In this document: positions 22,940-32,660 of the stretch, one piece after another | Layout of the letters: every line of letters begins with the position of its first letter | How positions within the stretch are numbered: the first letter of the stretch is position 1 | IMG/VR virus record: IMGVR_UViG_3300006919_000061 | Location: 1-58,325 of that record | Strand: one strand, 5' to 3' | Origin: a virus | Taxonomy: Duplodnaviria > Caudoviricetes | Length of the DNA: 58,325 nt | The notes under the pieces: generated by a model | The model's input: the letters and a program-made list of their open reading frames with translations, nothing else | What the model was told of the DNA's origin: nothing | Databases searched by the model: none | Made by a program: the position numbers and the translations under genes

Positions 22940-25900
22940 ATGGCTATTAGAATTGCACGTAACGATGCGGGTAACTGTATCAACTTCTTTGGCTCCTCCA
23001 ACCCTACCTATTGGAACGCGTGTTTGGTTGGTGAGATTAACGAGGACAACGATAACAACGTTAACGTAATTAACAGCGTACGCTCAGAAGAGTCAGGCGC
23101 CACGGTATACGAGTTCTTTAACCTTCCGTATACCTCGTTTGTAGATAAGGACAACAACGCATTTGAGAACGCGTCAGAGTGTGCCGAGTACATTACAGAT
23201 AACGCCAATGTCCTGTCTAACACAGGTACGTTTATCTTTTCGCAGAATGACCTGCTTGACGCCCAACGCGAAGACACTAACACTACGGTGCTCTTCAGCA
23301 ACGGCGATATCTATGCTGTAAATTCTTTGACGGCACTTGCTGCAAACGATGGTACTATTACTATTCACACTGCTCGCGGTAGCAAAGACGTTTACACCAA
23401 GCTCCGCTACTACAACACGTCTGTTAATGACGGCGCTATTACAGGCTTTAACACAGTCGCTGCTGCGGTAGACCGCTTGAACGAGGTGCTGTCTGGCGGT
23501 ACTATCACGTCTGACTTGGGCAACGCTAGCTCTGAGGAAACAACTCAGTCTGCCGGTGTTACGTTTACTGTGTACGGTTCTCGCATTACTGAGACTGGTA
23601 CTGGCACGCGGCTTGGTTACACCTCTACAGCAGAGGCTGGAAACTTCGATACGTCCAATGGCTTTTACTCTAATCAAACGATTAACGAGCCCGGAGAGTA
23701 TTACGAGTTTAGCCAAGAGGGTGGCAACTGGAACAACACTACAGGACTGACCTTTGGTTTGTTTGACGAGACCACGTACGATGTGGCTGACCTTGATGAG
23801 GACGTGGCCGGTAACGCAGTTAAGTCCGTCCTCCGCCTTCGTCTTAAGAACACTCCCTTTACCTTTAAAGACCCTGCTTCTACGCTTGGCCGTCTTAACG
23901 AGGAGGGCTTTGCTTCTACAGTAAACACGGTAGAGCAGTGGCGTGTTGGTCTTGATGCTGACAACCGTCCGTACATTTCTGCATACATTAATAACGAGTG
24001 GACTCTGGTTTGTCGTACAGAGACGGCCGCTGCTACAGAAACTGAGTTCCGATTTGTTGCTGTAATGCCCTTGGCAAATGAGCTTCGGGGTATCCGTAAC
24101 ATGACGGTAAATACTATCGTTCCTGCGCCTATCCTGACGTGGTACTTTATTGAGTCCCCTGACGGAAGCTTTGACTACCCGCTGTTTGCTACGCCGCTTG
24201 AAGCTAACTACGCTGACGAGGAGTATGGTACAGCTGCAGATGGCGCTGGTGCTTCACACACGCACACTTACGTAGACGAGACGCCTACGTCTCAGACGTG
24301 GTACATGCCACAAAGCTACGCGTTCCACGACCAGAGCTCTGCACCTACGCCCCCTACGGGTGTTGTGTACAACGAGATTACTACTGGTGATGACGCAAAC
24401 TACGCCCCTGCTTCGTACGGTACGCAAACTTTGACCGTAGACGAGAACAGCAACGTGAACTTTCAGATTAAGCCGGCTGGTGAAGTTGCTACGTATAACG
24501 TAACAGGTATTCCCGCAGGGCTAGCTTACAACTCTGTTTCTGGTGCTATTACAGGCACAGCCCCTGAAGTGACTGGTAACAACGTAGACAGCCCTAGTGA
24601 TGAGTACACAATTACGATAACTAAGGCTAATGATTACGGCTCGTCTGTTGGTACGCTAACTTTGACGGTAACTAACCTGACGTTGCCGTCTGCTCCGATT
24701 ACGGGTTGGTCGCATGTTACTGGCTCTATCGGGCTTGTAGACTCGGACACTTTAGATGATGGCAGTGCTGTTACCTTTAACGATGAGGTTGGGGATGGTC
24801 GCAGGTTTAAGATTAACAAGTTCTTTGGAAGAGACCAGATTATTTCAGCCCTTACGGAAGCTAACGACACTGTGTACATAGGCGTTGCTAAAAGCACCGC
24901 TACGTGGGGCAGTATCGATGATGCTGACTGGGAGATTGCTTTTAAGTACACGTACGTATCTGCTACCTCGATTGGAGTTGCTGTTGTAAACAACGGAACT
25001 GCAGGCTCTGCTACAACCCAATCCCACAATGCAACAGACGGCACTAACTTTAACTACTACTTCAATAATGACACTGGAGTAGTTGAGGCGCTTGCAAAGC
25101 AAAACGGCCAAGGCGGTGATTCTGAACTGTCTGACGCTGACGGTGGTACTTGGACTATTGCTGGTAGTAGGGACACCGGTGTTACGGGGAACAAGACTAT
25201 CACAGTGGCTGCAGTTAACACGCAGATGGATATTAGTTCAACGGGACTTAGTGAGTTTAATGCACCAACTCCGCCCACTATTTTGACTAATTGGTCCAAA
25301 GGCGTTGACTTTTCAGGAAGCAACGAGCACCTACTTAAGGTTGGAGGATACAACGCAACCCACATGCCTATTGCAATGAGTGGGCTGTCTACGACTGTTG
25401 CTGCACCTACAACAGGGGGCAACACCTCTAACGATAGCAATGCGCGTCCTTGGGCTACTGCAATGGTATTCAAATCAGATAGAAATTCCACCAACCAGCA
25501 CATTTGGAATATGGGTGAAGGGGCTTCTACAAATAACGATAATATCTACATCCGTCACGACGCAAATGGCAACCTCTACTTTGGATGGGGACGTGAAGGT
25601 GTAGGCACCAACGAGTGTAAGTTTGGAGGTATCTCCTCACTCGGAAGTTCCCAATGGTGGGGTGTCTACGTTGCGCACACAGGCGAGAGGCTAAATGGTA
25701 GCAACGCCACGGCTGCTAACCTTGCAGATTGTTTCGACATTCGCCTAATGTCAAGCGGTGATGGCGATGAATTCGCTACTCTAGGTAGTAATTTGTCTAC
25801 TACTTCTAACTGGACTGCAGGCAGCACAGGAGTCCGGATGGACCGCAGTGTTACAGGCTCCCTTACTATTGGAGGACGGGGAGGCAACAGAAACTTCCAC

Positions 25901-26251
25901 GGCACGATAGCAAGCATGGTAATTACTACTCTGCGGACCAATCTTGCAATGCCTAACGATGCTGAGATTAAGATGATGATTACCGACCCTAAGAAGTGGG
26001 AAGACGATTATCGCAATGGCCAGTTTGTTAGGTGGTCTAACTCTACTTCATACTCTGGCTACACGCCCAGCAACCAAAACACTGGTTATGGTGCGGTTCA
26101 GATTTGGTTGATGGGAGACGGTGGTTCAGATTCGTATTCCAATGGCATTAGGAATGAAGTATACCCTTCAGACCAGAACAACACTAAGCTGCAATTTAAC
26201 AGCATGTCGAACAACGACATTCAGACAGTTTCAATTACCGGATTAAGTTAA
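22940..26251 (+). CDS. Large surface/fibre protein with Ig-like and lectin (ConA/LamG-like) domains
   Basis: 1103 aa; YNVTGIPAGLAYNSVSGAITGTAP...YTITITKANDYG Ig-like repeat; C-terminal LTIGGRGGNRNFHGTI. Confidence 0.75.
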   Translation: MAIRIARNDAGNCINFFGSSNPTYWNACLVGEINEDNDNNVNVINSVRSEESGATVYEFFNLPYTSFVDKDNNAFENASECAEYITDNANVLSNTGTFIFSQNDLLDAQREDTNTTVLFSNGDIYAVNSLTALAANDGTITIHTARGSKDVYTKLRYYNTSVNDGAITGFNTVAAAVDRLNEVLSGGTITSDLGNASSEETTQSAGVTFTVYGSRITETGTGTRLGYTSTAEAGNFDTSNGFYSNQTINEPGEYYEFSQEGGNWNNTTGLTFGLFDETTYDVADLDEDVAGNAVKSVLRLRLKNTPFTFKDPASTLGRLNEEGFASTVNTVEQWRVGLDADNRPYISAYINNEWTLVCRTETAAATETEFRFVAVMPLANELRGIRNMTVNTIVPAPILTWYFIESPDGSFDYPLFATPLEANYADEEYGTAADGAGASHTHTYVDETPTSQTWYMPQSYAFHDQSSAPTPPTGVVYNEITTGDDANYAPASYGTQTLTVDENSNVNFQIKPAGEVATYNVTGIPAGLAYNSVSGAITGTAPEVTGNNVDSPSDEYTITITKANDYGSSVGTLTLTVTNLTLPSAPITGWSHVTGSIGLVDSDTLDDGSAVTFNDEVGDGRRFKINKFFGRDQIISALTEANDTVYIGVAKSTATWGSIDDADWEIAFKYTYVSATSIGVAVVNNGTAGSATTQSHNATDGTNFNYYFNNDTGVVEALAKQNGQGGDSELSDADGGTWTIAGSRDTGVTGNKTITVAAVNTQMDISSTGLSEFNAPTPPTILTNWSKGVDFSGSNEHLLKVGGYNATHMPIAMSGLSTTVAAPTTGGNTSNDSNARPWATAMVFKSDRNSTNQHIWNMGEGASTNNDNIYIRHDANGNLYFGWGREGVGTNECKFGGISSLGSSQWWGVYVAHTGERLNGSNATAANLADCFDIRLMSSGDGDEFATLGSNLSTTSNWTAGSTGVRMDRSVTGSLTIGGRGGNRNFHGTIASMVITTLRTNLAMPNDAEIKMMITDPKKWEDDYRNGQFVRWSNSTSYSGYTPSNQNTGYGAVQIWLMGDGGSDSYSNGIRNEVYPSDQNNTKLQFNSMSNNDIQTVSITGLS

Positions 26252-26256
26252 TTAAC

Positions 26257-26946
26257 ATGACAGCACAAGAAATGCACACCGCACTACTGCAAGGACTTCA
26301 ACGAGTTAATGCAAACGCGTATGACTTCTTTACAACAGAAGAACGCGACCATTGGCTAAACCGTGCACAAGAGCGGTTTATTAAAGACCGCGCGTTTATT
26401 ACGGGTGACGTTAAGCGCATTGGTTTCGAAGGGAACCAAAAGCGCCTAGACGATATCCGGACTATTGTGGTTCAGAACTACACGGACACGTTTAACATGA
26501 CTACCGCTGCAGAGTGGCGTCAGGTTGACCTTCCCGCAGACTACCTGTATCTTGTAAACATTCGCGCAGACATCCGTAAGGACAACTGTGGTAAGGTTAC
26601 TATCACAAGCCCGCAGGCGCAAGTGCCTGTGCGTGTGGTAGATAACGCCGAAGTTTACTTTATGCAACAGAATCCTTTTGCAAAGGCACAGCTAAATTCA
26701 CCCCTTTGCACCATCTCTGAGGACGACGTTTCAGTCTATCAGGACGCCGAAAGTTATATATTAGAAGGCATTACTGCTGACTACATTAGGATTCCCCAAA
26801 ACATTGACTTATCTTTCGGTCAAGATTGTGAGCTCGCTGAGCACACCCATCAGGAGATTGTCGATATCGCGGTCAAGAATATCCTTGAAGCGATTGAGTC
26901 TCCGCGCTATCAGACATCAAGTGCTGAGCAACTCACATCTGAATAA
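26257..26946 (+). CDS. Tail ring (head-tail adaptor) protein
   Basis: WLNRAQERFIK, LPADYLYLVN, YIRIP, CELAEHTHQEIVDIAV; typical crAss ring-protein motifs. Confidence 0.8.
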   Translation: MTAQEMHTALLQGLQRVNANAYDFFTTEERDHWLNRAQERFIKDRAFITGDVKRIGFEGNQKRLDDIRTIVVQNYTDTFNMTTAAEWRQVDLPADYLYLVNIRADIRKDNCGKVTITSPQAQVPVRVVDNAEVYFMQQNPFAKAQLNSPLCTISEDDVSVYQDAESYILEGITADYIRIPQNIDLSFGQDCELAEHTHQEIVDIAVKNILEAIESPRYQTSSAEQLTSE

Positions 26947-26960
26947 ACAATTACATTCTT

Positions 26961-27719
26961 ATGGCTAACACCAAAGACACCCTTATTATCGTCCCAGCTA
27001 ACGCTAAAATGGACGAGTCCAAGAACGCCGCTGGTCGGGTTCTCGGAGCCGACGCTACCTACGGCCTCGACATGGCCACTCCTGCTGACGCTGCTACTTT
27101 CGCTGCTGCTCAAGGATACACTGTTGCTGCTTACGCTGCTGCTACGCAAGGCGTGACCCTCGTGAACACCACCGGCGTTGCTGCTGGTGAGGAGCTCTTC
27201 GTGACCCTCATCGACGTGACCGACGGTCGTCGTCAGTTCCCTCGGAAGACTTTCCGCGCTGCTACTGCCGCTGCTCTCGCTACGGTTATCAACGATGCTG
27301 AGATTGAGACCGGCGACGGTTTTGCGCTGGCTTGCTCAGAGGCTGCTGGTGTTCTCACCATCACCTTCGCTGCTGACCGCATTGTGAAGACGGCTGCCAA
27401 TGAGGACAGCACTATTACCGACGACGGTACGGGCTCTTCCGTGATTCCAGTTCTGACTGTTGGTTTGACTGCTGCTGCAGCTGCTGAGTTTGTTGGTAAC
27501 AAGGTTACTAAGGCTGGCCGCACGAACCGTGTTGGTTTCCCAATTGTTGAGCCCGGTTTGTACACGGACCTCGGTTTGCAAGCTGGTGTGAACTACGACG
27601 TGCTGACGAAGCAGATTGTTTCTGCTGTTAAGTTCGACAAGAACGTTGGTGCTTCTTACCAAGACGTCGAGAACGTGACCATCATCATTGCTGACGGCGC
27701 TTCCTTGACTAATAGCTAA
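26961..27719 (+). CDS. Abundant structural protein (auxiliary capsid protein candidate)
   Basis: A/T/G-rich protein with MCP-like codon bias and its own terminator; position after the ring gene. Confidence 0.6.
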   Translation: MANTKDTLIIVPANAKMDESKNAAGRVLGADATYGLDMATPADAATFAAAQGYTVAAYAAATQGVTLVNTTGVAAGEELFVTLIDVTDGRRQFPRKTFRAATAAALATVINDAEIETGDGFALACSEAAGVLTITFAADRIVKTAANEDSTITDDGTGSSVIPVLTVGLTAAAAAEFVGNKVTKAGRTNRVGFPIVEPGLYTDLGLQAGVNYDVLTKQIVSAVKFDKNVGASYQDVENVTIIIADGASLTNS

Positions 27720-27741
27720 TATTAGCTAACTACAACTTTGG

Positions 27742-27781
27742 AAGGGGAGGTTGCTACAATGGCTTCCTCCCCTTTCTTTTT
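27742..27781 (+). terminator. Intrinsic terminator
   Basis: AAGGGGAGG...CCTCCCCTT-TCTTTTT. Confidence 0.8.
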
Positions 27782-27792
27782 AATTAGGAATT

Positions 27793-28410
27793 ATGGCAGA
27801 AGCTAGAATGTACATTACAAGCACTGACCGCTTGTATATCCAGAAATACTTTACTGACGTTGCAGACGCTACAGCTGCCGATGACCGTTTCGAGGTGTCT
27901 ACACCCGCAAACCAAAAGATTGTAGTAGACGAAGAGGGAGCAGATACTGCCCTGTGGAATGCAGCCGGTGTTACTTTTTACACAGCAGACAACGGGGAGT
28001 TCTTTGACCTCCGCCCTTCTGACCTTGCCGCTGGATTCCCAGACGACAATAACGAGTCTTTGTTTGCGTCGGTCAACAGCACTACTAAGATTGCAGGTTC
28101 TGCAGTTACCTTTGGTGAAGGTGCTTACGGCTTTGAGTACAACAACGCCGACTTCCGCGTACAGCTGTACATCCCTACTATTATGGATGCGCTTGAGGCA
28201 GCGGCTACTGACGTCATTAATTGCCAGTGCAACTGCGAGCTTAACTCTGCAAAGGCCCAGCGGTACATTAAGATGCGCGCTTACCTTGATTTGATTCTGT
28301 ACAAGGCACAGACTGCTGTCGGGTTTTCTAGCATGCTGGAGATTAACACTATGGTTACCACCCTTACTAACTTTATTGGCGGTACCGATGAACTCTGTGG
28401 AACATGCTAA
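27793..28410 (+). CDS. Tail hub or fibre-attachment protein (tentative)
   Basis: 205 aa; INCQCNC and C-terminal LCGTC; synteny. Confidence 0.6.
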   Translation: MAEARMYITSTDRLYIQKYFTDVADATAADDRFEVSTPANQKIVVDEEGADTALWNAAGVTFYTADNGEFFDLRPSDLAAGFPDDNNESLFASVNSTTKIAGSAVTFGEGAYGFEYNNADFRVQLYIPTIMDALEAAATDVINCQCNCELNSAKAQRYIKMRAYLDLILYKAQTAVGFSSMLEINTMVTTLTNFIGGTDELCGTC

Positions 28411-28607
28411 AGACTAACCTTACTACAGACAACTACTGGAAGGCTACTACTGAGGAAAACTTCATTAACGCAGCCACAGCTATTATAACGCTTGACCTGC
28501 CTGAAGACAAGTTTATGCTTCAGACTAGTGTGTGCGCAGTCCTCGATGGAGGTTATCGGGTTGTAAGTCCTACTAACTTCGACCGGTTTAACCAACTGAT
28601 TGACTAA
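28404..28607 (+). CDS. Small hypothetical protein
   Basis: 67 aa, overlapping the upstream stop. Confidence 0.6.
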   Translation: MLKTNLTTDNYWKATTEENFINAATAIITLDLPEDKFMLQTSVCAVLDGGYRVVSPTNFDRFNQLID

Positions 28608-28613
28608 GACAAA

Positions 28614-28658
28614 CCCCCAGTTACCGTTTGCGTAGCTGGGGGATTTATCCTATATTTG
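28614..28658 (+). promoter_or_regulatory. Hairpin overlapping a consensus Bacteroidota promoter
   Basis: CCCCCAGTTAC-CGTTTGC-GTAGCTGGGGG; TTTG(28627)-N20-TATATTTG(28651-28658). Confidence 0.75.
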
Positions 28659-28702
28659 ACCTAGCCCCACGCTATACAAGTACGGGGCATAAAACGTTTG
28701 GC

Positions 28703-29035
28703 ATGTCCGCAGCAAAGTACGACCTTATTATATCTGAGGGCGCTGGCCTGTCGCTGTCCTTGGTTTACAAGGATAACGCTGGTACCGCGATTGACATTTC
28801 CGCCAAGACTCCGCGCATCCGTATTACGGATAACGTCTACGATGAGACGACGGATACCTTTAACGGAACCCTTACAACTGACGGCACGGACGGTGCCTTT
28901 ACTATTACAGTGTCCTCTGCTCAAATCGAGGCTCTTGGGTTTCGTGATGGTCGGTTTATTATTGACCTTGTAGAAGGCGATACCTCTATTCAGCTTGTTT
29001 ACGGCAAGCTTAAAGTTAAGGAACTTAAGTACTGA
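28703..29035 (+). CDS. Fibre adaptor (BppU N-terminal-like) protein
   Basis: MSAAKYDLIISEGA...AIDIS...GTDGAFTITVS...LVYGKLKV pattern common in fibre-anchoring proteins. Confidence 0.65.
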   Translation: MSAAKYDLIISEGAGLSLSLVYKDNAGTAIDISAKTPRIRITDNVYDETTDTFNGTLTTDGTDGAFTITVSSAQIEALGFRDGRFIIDLVEGDTSIQLVYGKLKVKELKY

Positions 29036-30186
29036 TGGCCCGCCTTGACTTAACACAGAACGTTCAGAAGAACGTAGTTGAGCTGACAAACAACATTACT
29101 CAGGTTCGAGTAGAGTTGAATGCCGGCTTGCTGCTTTCTGAAAATGTTAGCGGAGGGGCCGTCCTACCCACCGCCACCACAGGCCAACTTCTTCAATACA
29201 ACGGAACCGAATGGATTGCCGTTGACCTTTCTGCAGTTCTGCCTACAGCTACGACAGGGCAATACTTGCAATGGGACGGCACCAACTGGGTTGCTGTTAC
29301 TCTCACTACCAGCGGCGGTGTGCTGCAGTCTGACATTGTAGTAACCGACACGGTGGGCAATGTAACGGCTGGCACTACGCTCACAGCTGGCACGTCTTTC
29401 GAGGACATCTTCAATCAGATGATGGTGTCATACCAAGCCCCCTCGTTGTCTGTGTCTGGCTGGACTACAGGCACTTACGAACATGGCTCTACGTTTTCGG
29501 ATACGACGTTTAATGTGGCGTTCACTAACGACGCTAATCTCAATACAGGAGTTAATGGCACGTACAGTGTTGCTGACTCGTTTATTACTAACGTTGGGGG
29601 CGTTGTACCTGCGGCGGACGGTTCTATTACTACGGCATCTTTTAGTGGCGACATGCTCGTCACAAACTCCAATGCTGGTGTTAGCACTACGCAAAGAACA
29701 GGAGCGGCAGCGCTTACAGTCTCTGGTCACCAGAACACACAGGGAGATTCGGTCAATCAAGTCACCAAGTCTAGCACTGTTCGATTCCGTTACTGGGTCG
29801 TGGAAAGCGCTACTGCACTGAGCTCTCCGCTTGGTACTGCTTCTTCTACTATTATGCTAGGCGGGGCAGACCTTAACTTGAATGGCACAGGCTCTGGTGT
29901 AATTGAAAGTGGCTTGATGTCTAGCGTAAGTAACCTTGGCTTTACCGCTGCGGGTGGCTACGACTACGTGTACTGGATTTTCCCAGCTGCCTTTACGGTC
30001 AGCAACATGACCCAGAACACTTCTATTAATTTGTATGCTGGTGACACAGCTGACCAAACTACGGCGGTTATCCACCTTGGTCAGGTTGACATGGTTAACC
30101 AGCACGGAGAGACGGTGCGTATGCAAATGCTGCGCTCTAAGGTGTCTAATGCTTTCGCATCCGGAAGCGTAATTGCGGTATCGTAA
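29035..30186 (+). CDS. Tail fibre-associated protein
   Basis: 383 aa, T/G/S-rich, with an internal 25-aa duplication. Confidence 0.75.
   Translation: MARLDLTQNVQKNVVELTNNITQVRVELNAGLLLSENVSGGAVLPTATTGQLLQYNGTEWIAVDLSAVLPTATTGQYLQWDGTNWVAVTLTTSGGVLQSDIVVTDTVGNVTAGTTLTAGTSFEDIFNQMMVSYQAPSLSVSGWTTGTYEHGSTFSDTTFNVAFTNDANLNTGVNGTYSVADSFITNVGGVVPAADGSITTASFSGDMLVTNSNAGVSTTQRTGAAALTVSGHQNTQGDSVNQVTKSSTVRFRYWVVESATALSSPLGTASSTIMLGGADLNLNGTGSGVIESGLMSSVSNLGFTAAGGYDYVYWIFPAAFTVSNMTQNTSINLYAGDTADQTTAVIHLGQVDMVNQHGETVRMQMLRSKVSNAFASGSVIAVS
29161..29310 (+). repeat. Tandem 75-nt (25-aa) duplication
   Basis: VLPTATTGQLLQYNGTEWIAV / VLPTATTGQYLQWDGTNWVAV. Confidence 0.8.
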
Positions 30187-30851
30187 TGGCTATTAAGTTT
30201 CCAGATAGTATAACGCAAAACAACGCGAACTACATTACAGTCTCTGCTATTGACGGAGACGTGCAGGGTATTTACTTTGTAGACACTACTGCAGAACGTG
30301 ATGCTATTGGTAACGCGGACACTTCACTTGATAACCACCGTGCCCTTGGTACTGTGGTATTTGTTGGCACGACTGCTTACGTCTATGATGGTGCAAACCT
30401 TACAGACGCAGAGTGGGCTGATGCTAACAACTGGACACCACTTGGCTCCTCAGGTAGTACACTTGCAGGACTCAGTGATGTAGACACTAGCAACCTTAAT
30501 GCTGGGGACCACCTCGTTTATGATGGGACTGACTTTATTAGTTCTAACTCCCGTCTTAGCGTTGCTATCTCTAGTGATTCTGCTGTTAGTGTAGACAGCT
30601 GGCCAGTGGCAGACTTTGCCGGAGCAACGTACACGTACAACCTTAGAGGTTCGAGTTCGCGTACCGGCACAGTTATGGTTGACTACGATGGTCTTACGGG
30701 CATCGAGATAACCGACATCTCTACAAACCCACAGGGAACAGAAAGCGCTCATCCTGAGTTTACTGCTATTCTGTCTGGCGGTACGCATATTGCGCTGCAG
30801 GTGGTATTTGGAAATGGCTATAGTTTCAAAGCGCAGGCGACGCGCGTTTGA
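30186..30851 (+). CDS. Tail fibre protein
   Basis: TLAGLSDVD...GDHLVYDG fibre repeat; C-terminal domain shared with 30877-32646. Confidence 0.75.
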   Translation: MAIKFPDSITQNNANYITVSAIDGDVQGIYFVDTTAERDAIGNADTSLDNHRALGTVVFVGTTAYVYDGANLTDAEWADANNWTPLGSSGSTLAGLSDVDTSNLNAGDHLVYDGTDFISSNSRLSVAISSDSAVSVDSWPVADFAGATYTYNLRGSSSRTGTVMVDYDGLTGIEITDISTNPQGTESAHPEFTAILSGGTHIALQVVFGNGYSFKAQATRV

Positions 30852-30876
30852 GTTTTAATCGATTAAATTATACATT

Positions 30877-32646
30877 ATGGCAAACGAAACAATCTTGCGT
30901 AATGGGTTAATCTCAAAGGCTTCGTCTGAGGTCGAGGGTACCCTGAGCGCAGAAGCACTGGCGGTTATCAATTCCTCCGGTACTACACAATTCACCCTCC
31001 CTACTGGGGACGGTAGCGCTAACCAGATTCTGGTTACCAACGGCTCCGGTACAGTTACTTGGGCAGATAACACTGACGTTAGTAGTTTCCTTACTGGAAT
31101 TACGAGTGAGTCTATCTTCTCTCTGAGCGACGTTGATGAGACATCCGGCTCTATTGGAAACAATGAGGTCCTTAAGTGGGACGGTTCTAACTTTGTTGGT
31201 GTTGCGGCTTCTAGCCTTGGCTCTACGACGTTGGCTGGTCTTACAGACGTTACCATCACGGCGGCTGCTGACGGAGACTTCCTCCGCCACAACGGTAGCG
31301 CGTGGGTTGACTCTGCGATTCAGAATTCAGACATCGCGTCTGGTATGATTACGCAGCACCAAGGTGACATTTCAATTACGGTTAGCCAAGTCTCTGACTT
31401 TACCCCGGGAGACTACCTGACGACTAGCACGGCTTCTAGCACCTACATTCCGCTGAGCCAGAAGGGTGCTGCTAACGGTGTTGCAACTTTGGACTCCAGT
31501 GGACTGGTTCCTTCTGCTCAGCTGCCTAGCTACGTGGACGACGTGTTGGAGTACGCTAACGAAAGCTCTTTCCCTGCTTCGGGTGAGGCTGGTAAGCTGT
31601 ACGTCGACTTGTCTGATAACAGCGTGCACCGTTGGAGCGGTTCTGCTTACATCGACATTACCGATTACAGCACTCCGGGTCACACGCACGTTGCTTCTGA
31701 CATCACGGACTTTGACACTGAGGTTGACAACCAGATTGCTGCTGCATCTATTGATGACCTGTCTGACGTTTCTCTTGGTGGTGACACTACTGAAGACAAG
31801 GTGTTGGCGTTTAACGCCTCCGGTAACTTGGTGCCTACCGCGATTGGCGACCTGAGTCAGTCTGATTCTGTCAGCTCGTTGACTGACACTACTATCTCAG
31901 GTACTCCTGCAGATAACGAGGTGTTGGCTTACAACTTTGGTACTAGTCAGTGGATTAACCAAACGGCTTCTGAGGCTGGCTTGGCTACGTCTGCTCAAGG
32001 CGCTCTTGCTGATAGTGCAGTGCAGCCAACTGACCTGAGCACTTACATTGAGACTACGGATAGCGTTACTGACCTTAGCGACGTTACCAACATTGGTAGC
32101 AATGGTAACATTATTGTTAACAGCGGCGGCAATCTTGTTGGTGTTTCTAGTATTAGTCACGATTCTATCACTAACTTTGACTCTGAGGTTAACGCGCTGA
32201 TTACAGCTACTGACATTAGTGACCTTAGCAACACGAGCATTACTGAGCTTGACGAGGTTTCTGCTGTTGGTTCTAGCGGTCAGATTCTTGTGTCTAATGG
32301 CACCAACTTGATTGCTACGACTCTTACCGATTGGAAAGAGGACAGCACAACGCTTGCTACTGACGCAGCTTCTGACATTATTACGGCCGAAAGCCTTGTT
32401 GGTAGCTACGGTGCTATTACGCTTCACTACTCTCTGTCTGACGGTACGAACATGCGTATGGGCACGTTGATGGCTATCACCGACGGTTCTACTGTTGAGT
32501 TGACGGACATTTCTACAAACCAAATCGGTTCCGACGCAGACGAGCCTGTCTTCTCTGCTACGACCTCCGGTTCTAACCTTGCTATCAAAGTTACTGACGC
32601 TAACGGATACACGGTGAAGAGCACTTACCGTTTGATTAACGGATAA
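30877..32646 (+). CDS. Tail fibre protein
   Basis: Multiple L(S/T)DV...L.(W/Y)(D/N)G repeats; KGAANGVATLDSSGLVPSAQLPSYVDDVLEY module. Confidence 0.85.
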   Translation: MANETILRNGLISKASSEVEGTLSAEALAVINSSGTTQFTLPTGDGSANQILVTNGSGTVTWADNTDVSSFLTGITSESIFSLSDVDETSGSIGNNEVLKWDGSNFVGVAASSLGSTTLAGLTDVTITAAADGDFLRHNGSAWVDSAIQNSDIASGMITQHQGDISITVSQVSDFTPGDYLTTSTASSTYIPLSQKGAANGVATLDSSGLVPSAQLPSYVDDVLEYANESSFPASGEAGKLYVDLSDNSVHRWSGSAYIDITDYSTPGHTHVASDITDFDTEVDNQIAAASIDDLSDVSLGGDTTEDKVLAFNASGNLVPTAIGDLSQSDSVSSLTDTTISGTPADNEVLAYNFGTSQWINQTASEAGLATSAQGALADSAVQPTDLSTYIETTDSVTDLSDVTNIGSNGNIIVNSGGNLVGVSSISHDSITNFDSEVNALITATDISDLSNTSITELDEVSAVGSSGQILVSNGTNLIATTLTDWKEDSTTLATDAASDIITAESLVGSYGAITLHYSLSDGTNMRMGTLMAITDGSTVELTDISTNQIGSDADEPVFSATTSGSNLAIKVTDANGYTVKSTYRLING

Positions 32647-32660
32647 TACAATTAGGAAAC

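Noticed and set aside
30847-30878. Promoter TTTG-N20-TACATTAT before the 30877 gene
   Set aside because: The putative -7 element overlaps the start codon, so it cannot drive this gene
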